A stretch of 38,665 bases of DNA from assembly GCF_001194135.2 (NCBI RefSeq), contig NC_068986.1:2318644-2357308 (forward strand). The letters are read 5' to 3'. Position 1 is the stretch's first letter, and each line of letters opens with the position of its first letter. Below, piece by piece: positions 1 through 10,819 of the stretch. Under the pieces are notes generated by a model. The model ran no database searches, had not been told where the DNA came from, and saw only the letters and a list, made by a program, of their open reading frames with translations. The stretch is from Octopus bimaculoides (Eukaryota). The position numbers were made by a program, and so were the translations under genes.

Positions 1-19
1 TATATATATATAGGGGTTG

Positions 20-590
20 GGAATAAGATTGTATTCTGGCTTGGAGTGATATATATTGCGGTTGGATATTAATGATATTATATTAGTATTGATTACATTG
101 AAAGTAGCAATTAGATATATGATGGCTGGGAATTCGATATATTTTGGATGAGAATCAAATGTTGTGGGTGAAGAGGCTTATTGAAATTGGAAATGAGATA
201 TATATTGGCTGTTAACTACAGATTTTGTGACTTAGAGATTATATTCTGGTTAAAAGTGAGATATATTGGGACTGGGAGTGAAATATACCGTAACTAAAAT
301 GAAATATATTGTGGCATAGAGAAGCTTAAAGTTTGGCTGTGGATTAGATATGTTGTGGCTACATACTGTGGCTGGGAATTAAATATACTGTGACTGGATG
401 TGAGATATTCTACGACTCGGAATTGGATGTATAGTGGCGGTAATTAAATATATTGTAACTGGGAATTAGATATTGTAGCTGAGAATGTGATATATTGAGG
501 CTGGGAATAAGATATATTTTGGCTGGGAATTGTATTTACTGTGGTTTAGAGTAAGAAATAATTTGGTTGGGAATCAGACATGTTGTAACT
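20..590. repeat. Degenerate ~22-bp minisatellite (consensus approx. GGCTGGGAATTAGATATATTGT)
   Basis: Recurrent variants such as ggctgggaattcgatatatttt, ggctgggaattaaatatactgt, actgggaattagatattgt and ggctgggaataagatatatttt at roughly 20-23 bp spacing. Confidence 0.75.
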
Positions 591-699
591 ATACTTCTGA
601 CCAGAAACGAGGGTTCATTTTCAAGCCTCATAATCAATAGGTAACCCATTATTCTGTAGATGAATATTTTATCATCTGTTGTTCAAAATATGCATTCAC

Positions 700-700
<1 letters not shown>

Positions 701-746
<46 letters not shown>

Positions 747-748
747 GC
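701..748. repeat. (GTT)n-(GCT)n microsatellite
   Basis: Seen directly in the sequence. Confidence 0.95.
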
Positions 749-859
749 TGCTGCTGCTGCTGCCGCTGTTTCGTTGTTTAGACCCATGTCGGCCCTGATT
801 GCTCAAAACTTACGACATATGTAGATCAACCAGTTATTCTAAATATATCTACTACTACA

Positions 860-960
860 ATCATCTAATGTATCCTTCACATTTTTAGAACGGTCAATGT
901 GACTCCAGAGAGAAGAGATTTGGCTGTTATTTCTAGTATATCGAACGTCTATTTAGAGGT
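860..960 (-). mobile_element. Dispersed repeat fragment; related pieces at ~24345-24470 (+) and ~36870-36950 (+)
   Basis: gagatttggctgttatttctag here is the reverse complement of the agaaat(c/a)(a/g)cagccaaa core in the other two copies; family not identified. Confidence 0.45.
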
Positions 961-1383
961 TCTGTTTGTCTCGCTTTTCAGTAATAGATTAAAGTGGAGC
1001 AAATATTTTATACATAAGAGTGAATTCATCTACACCAAACAGTTAAGAAGATAATATTAAGCATGATTCAAATCGAAATTTATGAAAGAACAACTAAGAG
1101 CGTAAAATAAATTATAGATTTATTCGGATTCCACCGATACGGATTTCCTTGCTCTTTTATCACTTATTTTAACTTCAAGTACTTGTTTACACGTTCAACA
1201 AGAAATTTCAAGTAGTTACATTCTGTTGTAATGATTTGTAAATTAAAGTTATTATTCGCTTCAGAAAAACAGAAATACTAATTTAATGTTCAGTCTTCTG
1301 CCATTTTTTACTTATTTCTTTCTCTTCTTAGTTCTCTTCCCTGTTTTAGTGTGTTGTCTCAATTATTATTATCTGATGATTAA

Positions 1384-1595
1384 AGACGGTAGCGTGTAGA
1401 AGCATTAGCATGCGGGGCGAAATGCTTAGCGGTATTTCGATTGTCTTTACGTCCTAAGTTCAAATTCCGCCGAGGTTGACTTTACCTTTTATCTTTTAGA
1501 GGTCGATAAAATAAGTAACGGTTGCACACTGGAGTTGATGCAATCGATTCAACTCTTTCCCCTGAAATTGCTAGCCAAATGCTAAAATCTGGAGA
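1384..1595 (+). mobile_element. tRNA-type SINE, family A (diverged copy)
   Basis: Matches the in-window family consensus ggcggtgagctggcagaa...gaaatgcttagc...gttcaaattccgccgaggtcgactttgcctttcatcctttcggggtcgataaa...gtcgatgtaatcgact; B-box-like GTTCAAATTCC present. Confidence 0.85.
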
Positions 1596-1615
1596 TGCTA
1601 AACTCTGAAGGTTAA

Positions 1616-1819
1616 AAGCAGTGAGTTAGCAGAAGCGTTAACAGGCAAAATGCTTAGTAACATTTCATTATGTTCTGAGCTCAAATTCTGAAGAGGTCGA
1701 TTTTGCCTTTAATCTTTTCGGTGTCAACAGAATAAGTACAAATTGAGTGAGCACTGGGGATCGATTTAATCGACTAGTCCCTCCACCAAAATGTCACGTT
1801 TTGTGCCCACAGCAGAAAG
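1616..1819 (+). mobile_element. tRNA-type SINE, family A (second of a head-to-tail pair)
   Basis: Same head and core as 4666-4840 and 14616-14826. Confidence 0.85.
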
Positions 1820-2384
1820 TATGACTACCTGAAAATTAGAGACTTACTAAGAACTCATAGTTTGCATTTTAACTGGAAACAAACATGTGCAAAAACTTAC
1901 CGATTCTACAAAGATATGTTTCCTTATATAAATACTAAAGGGATCCTATGCAGATAGAGTGTCAAACATTGACATCTGCTTCAGATAAGCAGAAAACTTC
2001 TTAATAAACTTTAAGAACGAAGCAATACCCTGCGCCCATTGAAGACCATGTGAAAAAACAATGTTTTGATGATTTCGTGATAACTGGAAACTGAAAGGGA
2101 GAGAAGGTATTTGATATCCTTATCAGTGAGCTGATCCACAGAAACAATAAATCCACAGAAACATAAATCCACAGAAACAACTTCACCAACAACAAAAAGA
2201 AAACATACACTGGAATATCTCCAGCAGACAGGCACACAAACATAACACCAACAAAACGCACCCACTCAAACTTTGTATTAAGAAGTACGAGCAAGAGAAA
2301 GAGCAAGAGAAAGAGAAGTTAGAAACAGAGAGAGAGAGGGGGGAGGTCTTCAGATCCAGCACTTTCGAAGAGCCACATAACACG

Positions 2385-3850
2385 AAAACTATGCAAATAG
2401 AATATTCTAGAGGCCAATAGACAGGGGTAGCATAAGTTGTCCATAATTCCAAGCCATCGGCTATTCAGGCTACAAATTTGTGATCTGTACGGGTTAACCT
2501 AAACACACAGGGGTTGACCTAAATACACAGGGACCCGGTTAATATTTGTAGAGAACGGATTAGAGAACTAGTTAAGAGGGAATTGACAAGGGTAATCGAT
2601 AGCAACAGATGGTGGTTAGCACTGAAAAAGACTGTAAGATTAGAATCGATAAGGTTTAATAAGGACATGGTGACAAAGAATTGTAGCAAAGAGGGTGAGC
2701 TACTTAGCTTAGAAAAGACATTGAGAATGACATTGGTCATTGGTGATTGGCCCTTGACCGATTCTTACACGCTAAACACGGAGGTTGCATTGTCAGAGCA
2801 AGGGTACGCTAAGGCAGGAAGAAACCAAAGGCTTTCGATTGACCTGTGTGGCAGAGGTGCAAAGCGGCAACAAAGCAACAATTCGGTTTTTAACGGAGCT
2901 CGTGCTACTCGATTCCAAGCAGATTTGTATAGCTTTTCAGTAGCACTTCGCTCAGTTGTTTGGGGAAGACGGTAGATTGGAGACTTCGGTGGCTTGCAGT
3001 GGCTCTCAGCTGAGGATGCAGTGCTCTGCAAAAAGCCGACTACAGCTGACGAAATAAGGTAAGTGATGACGGTGAAATCGCCATGGCTGGATGGTTTGCT
3101 CTACGGGCATCATATGCCATCATATGCCATCATATGCCAAACTTGCTCGAGAAGGGCTTCTTGGTAGATATCTACTGTGACTAACAGCAGAACGGGAGAA
3201 TAACCTCTTCCAAGAAAAACGCTATAGAGGTGCTGATGAGAAAGGATTCGAACAAGGGGAATGATTTTAGCAAATTCAGTCTCAAAACTCTGCTAAATAC
3301 AGAGTTGCAAGATTTTGGCCAAGGTGTTAGCGAAGAGTATGCGCTTGTCATCGACTCTCTGGTAGGTGAAGTACAGACATGCGCCATACCAGATAGATCT
3401 ATCCACAACAAACTCAATCTCACGCGATACATCATAGAAAGGGCGAGTAAAGAACCTGGCATGGATGAGGTTTTGATCACTCTAGATCGCTTGAAAGCGT
3501 TTGATACTTGGCAGCTGTCATCAAAGCGGCTGGTTGCGTCAGGGAGACACCCTCTTCCCACTTCTGTACATACTGACTCTAGGCCCTCTACTGCTGAAGT
3601 TAAAGGCAGCATCAATGAGCATCAAGCGGGAATTAGAACGTGGCAGATCCGTGTTTCAATATGCAAACGTCATCTAAATAGTGTCGGACACGAAACACAT
3701 TGTGATCGGCATTATTCTGACGAGACGTCGTTGGGCCAGCAGCTCGGCACCTGGAAGAGCAGGTCCATGAAGTCCAACAGTGTCGTGGGGCTCTAGTTGA
3801 ACGGATAGCTTAAATTGCTCGGGATTTGGTTTGGTCTCCACATTGTGCTG
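2385..3850 (+). mobile_element. Decayed L1/Tx1-clade non-LTR retrotransposon ORF2 fragment (end of endonuclease through RT), with frameshifts and deletions
   Basis: Translated remnants: GYS(G)YKFV (EN SDH region), GPG, RWWLALKKTVR, VRARVR, KSP.LDGL, KGNDFSKF..TLLNTEL.ILAKVL, QTCAIPDRSIHNKL...LD..KAFD, and a C-terminal piece resembling 23026-23325. Confidence 0.8.
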
Positions 3851-3861
3851 CCCTGTGTGAA

Positions 3862-4176
3862 TGTGCGTCGCTTAGTGGTTAGGGTACTCGGCTCTCAATC
3901 GTAAGGTCATAAGTTCAATTCTGGGCGACGCACTGTATCCTTGAGCAAGACGGTTTGTTTCAAATTGCTCCAGTCCACTCAGCTGACAAAAAAAGTTGTA
4001 CGTGTGTTTCAAAGGGCCAACCTTGTTACATTTTGTGTCACGCTGAGTATCCCTGAGAACTACGTTAAAGATGCACGTACTTGTGGTGTGCTCAGCCACT
4101 TGCACTTTAATTTAATGAGTAAGCTGTTCCGTTTATCGGATAAACTGGAATCCTTGTCGTAAGCGACGGAGTGCCA
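3862..4176 (+). mobile_element. tRNA-type SINE, family B
   Basis: A-box-like TAGTGGTTAGG and B-box-like AGTTCAATTC, followed by tgtatccttgagcaag and ccactcagctg; homologous copy at ~12765-12990. Confidence 0.75.
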
Positions 4177-4249
4177 TTTTATTGTCCTGCACCGTCCCCA
4201 CTGAGGATTTTTTTGTGAACTCTTAATGATGAATAAAGAAAACATTTAT

Positions 4250-4257
4250 TATCGTTA

Positions 4258-4310
<53 letters not shown>

Positions 4311-4311
4311 G
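4250..4311. repeat. (ATT/TAA)n microsatellite at the 3' end of a Dong-like element
   Basis: Seen directly in the sequence. Confidence 0.95.
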
Positions 4312-4590
4312 TTCAGTAGTTTTAGTTTTATAACGTGCTTTCACTTCACTACCGAGCGCAGCTCTGTGTGCCTTGGGTATGTGCTGTGGTTTGCTGTGAT
4401 GCTCTTATGGTTATTGTATTGAAAGTGTTTTGCGTAGGATGTGTGCAGTGCCTAGTAGTACAATTTTCCATATTTTATATATATTTGTAAGTCCTGGTGT
4501 TTTTGTTATGTATTTGTCTGAATATTTTTTTATTATACCTAAGGCACCTACTATGATAGGAATTGTTTCTGTTTTTAGATTCCACATTCT
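4312..4590 (-). mobile_element. 5'-truncated R4/Dong-like (RLE) retrotransposon, C-terminus plus 3' UTR
   Basis: MWNLKTETIPIIVGALGIIKK...KIVLLGTAHILRKTLSIQ* then a UTR running into (TAA)n; near-identical to 24050-24267; (TAA)n on both sides. Confidence 0.85.
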
Positions 4591-4665
4591 TATTATTATT
4601 ATTATTCTTATTATTATTATCATTACCATTATTATTATCATTATTATTATTATTATTACTACTAA

Positions 4666-4840
4666 GGCGGCCAGCTGGCCGAATCGTTAGCAGGCCGGGC
4701 GAAATGCTTAGCAATATTTCGTCCGTCGTTACGTTCTGAGTTCAAATTCCGCCGAGGTCGACTTTGCTTTTCCATCCTTTCGGGGTTGATAAATTAAGTA
4801 CCAGTTGCGTACTGGGATCGATCTAATCGACTGGCACCCT
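4666..4840 (+). mobile_element. tRNA-type SINE, family A (well-preserved copy)
   Basis: ggcggccagctggccgaatcgttagc...gttctgagttcaaattccgccgaggtcgac...gatcgatctaatcgact; begins directly after (ATT)n. Confidence 0.9.
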
Positions 4841-5228
4841 CATGTCAACTTTTTTTTGTTGTTTTTTTAAGTGAATTAAAGGATTCCGATTCTTATTTTC
4901 TGCAAGATGTGTAGGCCACAGCTAAATATATAACAATTGAAGATGGAATAATTACTAAAAATATTCCCAGGAAACTTGAATGCGTAGGAATCTGTTTTAG
5001 TTACTTTATGAATCATATTAACCTAGAAATCAACTCAGTACATGGCAAAGAGACAAGTCAAAGTCATAAAAACTGACACTGAACCTCATGGTAATGAGTG
5101 ATGTAATTAATTCATATTTAATTGTTGATGCAGAAACGATTATCAAGTCTTAATAGCACTGCGTGATAAATACATTTCATGTATCCAATCTTAAAGCTAT
5201 TTCAAATTCGAACGATAGTCACAGAGAT

Positions 5229-5255
5229 ACGCGCGCGCGCACGCACGCACACATA

Positions 5256-5298
<43 letters not shown>
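5229..5298. repeat. Compound (CG)(CA)(TG)(TA) microsatellite
   Basis: Seen directly in the sequence. Confidence 0.9.
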
Positions 5299-5301
<3 letters not shown>

Positions 5302-5436
5302 TGTTTGTTTTTTCTATTCAGTTATAATAAAACCAATTTTACACTAACTTGATGGGTTACTCTATTCTTTGGTAGAGTACAAATTTATCATTTTTAAACA
5401 AGAATGTTGTTGACAGTGACTTCGAAGTTTCGGCTA

Positions 5437-5439
<3 letters not shown>

Positions 5440-5486
<47 letters not shown>

Positions 5487-5630
5487 ACATACACATATAT
5501 GTATGTGCGTGTATATACATACATACATACATGCATACATACATGCATACATACGACGGGCCTCTTTCAGTTTCCGTCTACCAAATCCATTCTGAAGGCT
5601 TTGGCTGACTCAGGTTGTAGCAGAAGACAC
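5440..5630 (-). mobile_element. (TA)n/(CATA)n microsatellite joined to a partial family C SINE (5551-5630)
   Basis: acgacgggcctctttcagtttccgtctaccaaatcc matches 15610-15660. Confidence 0.75.
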
Positions 5631-6214
5631 TTGGGATTGAACGCGAAACCATGTATATATGTATCCATGTGTGTGTTTATGTGTATGTGTGTGCGCGCGT
5701 GTGCAAGTGTGTTTACATACATATATATATATATACGTACAATGAGGTGAATTTCGAGTGTAAGCAAGTATAAATACTATTGTATACAGAACGTAGATGG
5801 TTCACAATTTGTTGTAGATATATTTACATCCTACCTCCAAACTCATACAAACACACACATTTTCTGTTACCATTTTGCTGCTTTCAGCCATTAGACTGCA
5901 GCCATACTGGGATACCGCCGTCAAGTGATTTAAACGATTAAATTAACACCAGAAAATTTGCCTGCTATTTATTTAATCGTTCACGTATGATATGTAAATG
6001 AATATCAGTGCTCGATGTAAGAAGAGGTATAATATCAGAATATATTTCTGTTCAAGCCTATCGGTTGTAACTACGTGAGATAAAGACTGGGTCTTCATAA
6101 CAGCCTTACAGACCACCGAGAAATGCAATGTCCCAGGACCGATAGTGTTTATTGATAACTAACCAGTGCACACAAAGATATAAATTATCATTGTACCTCT
6201 AGACCTGTGACTAC

Positions 6215-6250
<36 letters not shown>

Positions 6251-6253
<3 letters not shown>

Positions 6254-6330
6254 GTTTCGAGCATGACTTTTCATCAGAAAGAGGATAGGTTCGGAGAGAA
6301 GGAAAAGAATAGTCCGAGGATTTAAATGTG
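6251..6330 (-). mobile_element. Penelope-like terminal fragment with a degenerate minimal hammerhead, abutting (TA)n
   Basis: Minus strand reads cctcttt CTGATGA aaagtcatgctc GAAAC GTA then (TA)n; the Penelope assignment is inferred from the known hammerhead-Penelope association. Confidence 0.55.
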
Positions 6331-6779
6331 AGCTTCTATAACTTTCGTCTTCCGGTAGTACAGTAGTCGTATAAGCTTGTTTAGCGTGTCCTATACTATC
6401 CCGTAATCTTTAAAAATCAAAATGCCAAAATTAACCTGGAACTTGTGGTTTCTCGTATTTAAATTTTGTGTTTATTATGTATGGAGTACCTATATTTTTG
6501 CTGATCCTACAGATAATGTATATATATAAATTATCTGTAGGATCACCTAACTGTCCGGATGTTTTGCGTTCTTGTCCCATTTTTGTATTTTTTATATATA
6601 TAAAAAATATAGCAGCGTACGGACACTTTGGTCTCTTACATGTAAGTATATATATCTAAATTTTGTACGACTCTATTATTCTTTCTATTCTTTCATTCTT
6701 TCCTTCTTGAATGTTGAAGTGAATCTAACGGTTTTTGTGTGTTTTTAAATGGCTTATAAACACATTCCACGCTGCAGTT

Positions 6780-6920
6780 NNNNNNNNNNNNNNNNNNNNN
6801 NNNNNNNNNNNNNNNNNNNNNNNNNNNNNNNNNNNNNNNNNNNNNNNNNNNNNNNNNNNNNNNNNNNNNNNNNNNNNNNNNNNNNNNNNNNNNNNNNNNN
6901 NNNNNNNNNNNNNNNNNNNN
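6780..6920. other. Assembly gap (N run)
   Basis: N run followed by (AC)n. Confidence 1.
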
Positions 6921-6976
<56 letters not shown>

Positions 6977-6984
6977 TATATAAT

Positions 6985-7210
6985 ATGTATGTATGTCTGT
7001 GTTTGTATTCTGCCATCGCTTGACAATCAGTGTTGATTTGTTTACTCTCCCACACATTAAGCTGTTCGGCAAGAAAGGCGATGGAATATATTTCAGATTT
7101 AAAAAAAAACATTAAGTAAGAAGTACTCTGGTCGACTTTTTTTTGACTAAACTCTATAAGGCAGTACTCCAGCACAACCGCAGTTCAATAACCGAAGCAA
7201 TGAAAAGGTA
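6985..7210 (+). mobile_element. 3' half of the family C/D SINE (diverged)
   Basis: gtctgtgtttgt...catcgcttgacaa...gtttact...gttcggcaa...gactaaa...ctccagcacaaccgcagttcaataaccgaagcaa matches 38035-38189. Confidence 0.7.
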
Positions 7211-7217
7211 ACATGTG

Positions 7218-7218
7218 T

Positions 7219-7262
<44 letters not shown>

Positions 7263-7301
7263 CGGGCAGACAGACAGACAGATACATACATACATACATA
7301 C

Positions 7302-7332
<31 letters not shown>

Positions 7333-7338
7333 TGTATG
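7218..7338. repeat. Compound (GATA)(GACA)(CATA)(TATG) tetranucleotide microsatellite
   Basis: Seen directly in the sequence. Confidence 0.95.
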
Positions 7339-7559
7339 TGGATCCAAGTATAAAGTATCAGGTAACCTTGAGCTCACCATGTTCCTAAAGGTCAGTAATG
7401 GTTCTCCTCGGTTACGTGTGGACGGCCATCATGTATGTATGTATGCATTTATGTATGTAAGCTTTATTACTATATATAGACACTGAGCCATGTTGGACCA
7501 CTGAACGCAACACGTTTTTTTTTTTTTTGTTTTTTTTTCATTCTCTATTTTTTTCTTCT

Positions 7560-7682
7560 TATTCTTTTCTGTAGGCTCGAAACGTAAAAGACTTTTCCAT
7601 TTTTCCCGAGCGTCAAACTAATAACTTGTTTGTTGTTCCTACATCTGTCTAAGTCTTTGTTTTTCTATAAATTTGAACTATA
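7560..7682 (+). mobile_element. Probable Penelope-like terminal fragment with a half hammerhead
   Basis: tcttttctg-taggctc GAAAC GTA aaagac followed by a T-rich tail; the CUGANGA strand is reduced to ctg. Confidence 0.4.
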
Positions 7683-9789
7683 CTCAGAATATATATTTAT
7701 GGCAGTTGTTTTCAATTCCATTTCAGATTACATATAAATCGCGTGTTTATTATGCATGCAGACTCAATTTCACCTAATCAGAACTTTGTGTTTACGTGAT
7801 AAATTCTAGAACTTTCCTTCCTCAACGAAGCTTTTAAATACAGAAACTTTTAACTCGAAAAGGCAGAGGGAATTCGGGTTTCGTTGAATCGGTCACGGAT
7901 GAATTTTCTCTCTCATAACTGTTTTCACAGTTTCATGCCTAAACCGGCGCGATTCTCTTAATAGCTATGTTCACAACTCTATACTCAACCCGGAGACGGA
8001 TGAAGGATGAACGTAATTGCAGCGATGTGAAAAATCAGACTAATTATCAGTTATTTGTCGAAGGACTCCGGCGCCTCAAATCACGATGTTCATATAAGAT
8101 TGACGATGTATTGCATGAAGCCTTGAAGATAAACTGACAACAAATCTTTGTCATAACCAACGCTACATATTCACGAAATGTTTCTTTTTTAATCTATAAA
8201 GATGCTTATAATGCGTAATGGCGTGTAGAATGAATTTTATAAGAACAAGGCTTTCTTGAACACTTATGATATTGTGCAATAATTTCATTTTACTAATTGG
8301 TTGGTATTTTTATTAACTTTCTTTTAAGGGGAAATAAATAATTATGTTAGTTTTGGGGAATTCTGTTACGGAATTTGGTGTTTTTCTATCGAGTGATTGT
8401 TTAATTCACGAGGATCCGTGAGATCTCAAGATTGGACCTCTAACCAACATCAGATCAAATTCAAAACTCCTTGACTTCAAGATTGTTCTTTAAATAATGT
8501 TTTCTGTTTTTGTTTTTCCTTTTTAACTCATTAATATGATTAATGAGAAGGTATTAGCTCCCAACCACAACTGTCCCCCATTTCTTAGAAGATACAGAGA
8601 GAGTGATCCAAAAAGGCGCTCTAATAGCACAGTGTAAGCCATTCTGAGCGCGAGCAAGAGATAGATAGGGAGGAAGATAAACAAAAAGGTATAAAGAGAG
8701 AGAGAGAGAAAGAGAAACAGTGATCCCAGTACTTGGTTGGTACTTTATTAATACAAGAAGGAAGAAAAACAAAATTGCCTCAGCAGGGTTTGAACTCTGT
8801 ATGCAAGCAACCGAAACAATTACCACGGAGCAAGTGTTGTGCCAATCAACCACACCACAAACTATAAATCTCTGCATTCCAAAGGTTATGACTATAAAGA
8901 AAAACCTAGTAAACAAATCTAGTCTGAATGTGCAATATTTTTTATGACACGTGTATGCTGCTAAATATAACACATGATAATAGAACGCGTACTAGAATAT
9001 TCTCACCAGTTTTGTTTGCGTGGGTGGCGGTTTTAGCTACTTTATCAGTCATTAAGATTAACCTAGAAATAAACAAAGCGCAGAGAGAAGAGAGAAGTGA
9101 GTCTTAAAAACGGAACCTGGGTGCCATATTTAATTGTTTGTGTTAGTTATGTGCAAGAATTGGTTTATTTTAGTTACCTAATTGTTTTACTTGATATTGC
9201 CTTTTTTGGCGCATTTTTCATTTCCCCTTTAGCTATTGCTGTACTTTCTTTGAGACCTGTTCCTCCGTTTTTCCTTCACCATCTTCTTTTCAATTATTAC
9301 AGTTGTCCTTCAAAGATCTCTATCGAGCTCTTCGCCTTTATTTTCAAATCTCCATTTCCCCCATGGTCTTTTATCCCTGACTTTTCTTTGATTTTTAACA
9401 CCAAGAATTTCTACAGCAACAAAAGCGGCACAGTATATAAGGCCGCTTACGTCTTATATTTCCAACACAGATTTACGTAAACTGCTACTCTGTCTTTCCT
9501 ACTTCACATACTTTCTCTTTTATTCTCCAAACCGGTAGTCTTTTTCTTTTACAATTCGTGTCTCATTTAGCCATTGTAGTGAACTCATTTCCTCTCAGTA
9601 ACATCCCTTCCTTCCACAAAATAAACTTTTTCCATCCTAGCTGTTATTTCTCTTCTGATGGTCTATTGGATGCTTTGTTATTTCCTGTTTGGTTTCTTAT
9701 TATTATTATTCTTATTATTATTATTATTATTATTCTTTTTCTGCTTCTTTTTTTTCTTCCAAGTACCACGTTCTTGATCTTTTACTATT

Positions 9790-9950
9790 TTGGATATCTC
9801 TTCCAGCTCCAACGAAGAAAGCCACTGTCTTTTCACGGTTAAATTTTATTTCTGTGACGGGGAACATGTCTTTCTCTGTTCACATTTTATACATCCTTTT
9901 CTTATATCCTGTTTTAACAGCCTCACTTCTGTAGTAAGATTCACTCAGTT
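9790..9950 (-). mobile_element. N-terminal ORF remnant of an R4/Dong-like element
   Basis: Minus strand frames give YYRSEAVKTGY..KRM....EKDMFPVTE and WLSSLELEEI, resembling the N-terminal GYRxRM...TEQRL...WLSxLELE motif recalled for this clade. Confidence 0.55.
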
Positions 9951-9974
9951 TTATTGTTATTTTGCAACCATCTC

Positions 9975-10035
<61 letters not shown>
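9975..10035. repeat. (TAA)n microsatellite
   Basis: Seen directly in the sequence. Confidence 0.95.
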
Positions 10036-10044
10036 CACCATCTT

Positions 10045-10690
10045 CATCATCTTCATTTTTTTTCTCCGTTTATTTTAGAGAAACATTGTCATCTGTTGGT
10101 ATTGATACATCGATTAGAAAGCATTTTTTTCTTGGTGATCTCTGACAACTATATCCGGCCTATTGGCCTTAATTTCTCTATGTGTGTGTATTGGCGTATC
10201 CCTGAGTATGGTTGCTTTCTCATTTCCTGTGACCTTTTCTGGCGTGTGTCTATACCATCTTTTCTCTGTTGTTATTCCATAGTGTTGGCATAGCTTCCAG
10301 TATATATAGGTCCCAACTCTGGCGTGTCTGTGAATATATTCCTTTTTATCCAGGACTGGGCAACCAAAGACAATATCATTCATTGTTTCTTTTCCACCAC
10401 CACATACTCTGCAGTTACTTGTATTTCTTTGCATTACATGTTTTTGGTTATTTATGGTGGGAAGGCTTTGATTTTGTGCTGCAATTAAAAATCCTTCAGT
10501 CTCTGCTTTGAGTCCTGAGCTTCTCAACCATTGCTGGGATTTTGTTTTGTCTATTTCTTTTCTGTTTAGTTTAACCCGGAATTTGCCATGAAGGGGCTTT
10601 TCTTGCCATCGATTTATGATGATCCGTTGCTGTTCTAGTTTTAGTTTGGATTTCAGTTGTTTTACATCTTTCGTTCTTTCTTCTTCTTAT
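10045..10690 (-). mobile_element. R4/Dong-like fragment: post-RT region, CCHC knuckle and start of the restriction-like endonuclease
   Basis: WQEKPLHGKF...QWLRSSGLKAETEGFLIAAQNQSL...CRVC...ETMNDIVFGCPVL..KEYIHRH...WYRHTPEKV..NEKATILRD.PI.T.REIKANRPDIVV. Confidence 0.9.
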
Positions 10691-10742
10691 TGTTATTATT
10701 ATCATCATCATCATCATGATAATTATATTATTATTATTATTA

Positions 10743-10818
<76 letters not shown>
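10691..10818. repeat. (CAT)n/(TAA)n microsatellite between two Dong-like fragments
   Basis: Seen directly in the sequence. Confidence 0.95.

Positions 10819-10819
<1 letters not shown>

Noticed and set aside
3862-3930. A-box/B-box tRNA-like heads (also in family A and family C copies)
   Set aside because: No cloverleaf can be completed, and they continue into repeat bodies, so they are SINE heads rather than tRNA genes.
9423-9448. 7-bp stem AAGCGGC/GCCGCTT enclosing TATATAAG
   Set aside because: Short hairpin plus TATA-like word with no downstream gene; likely chance.
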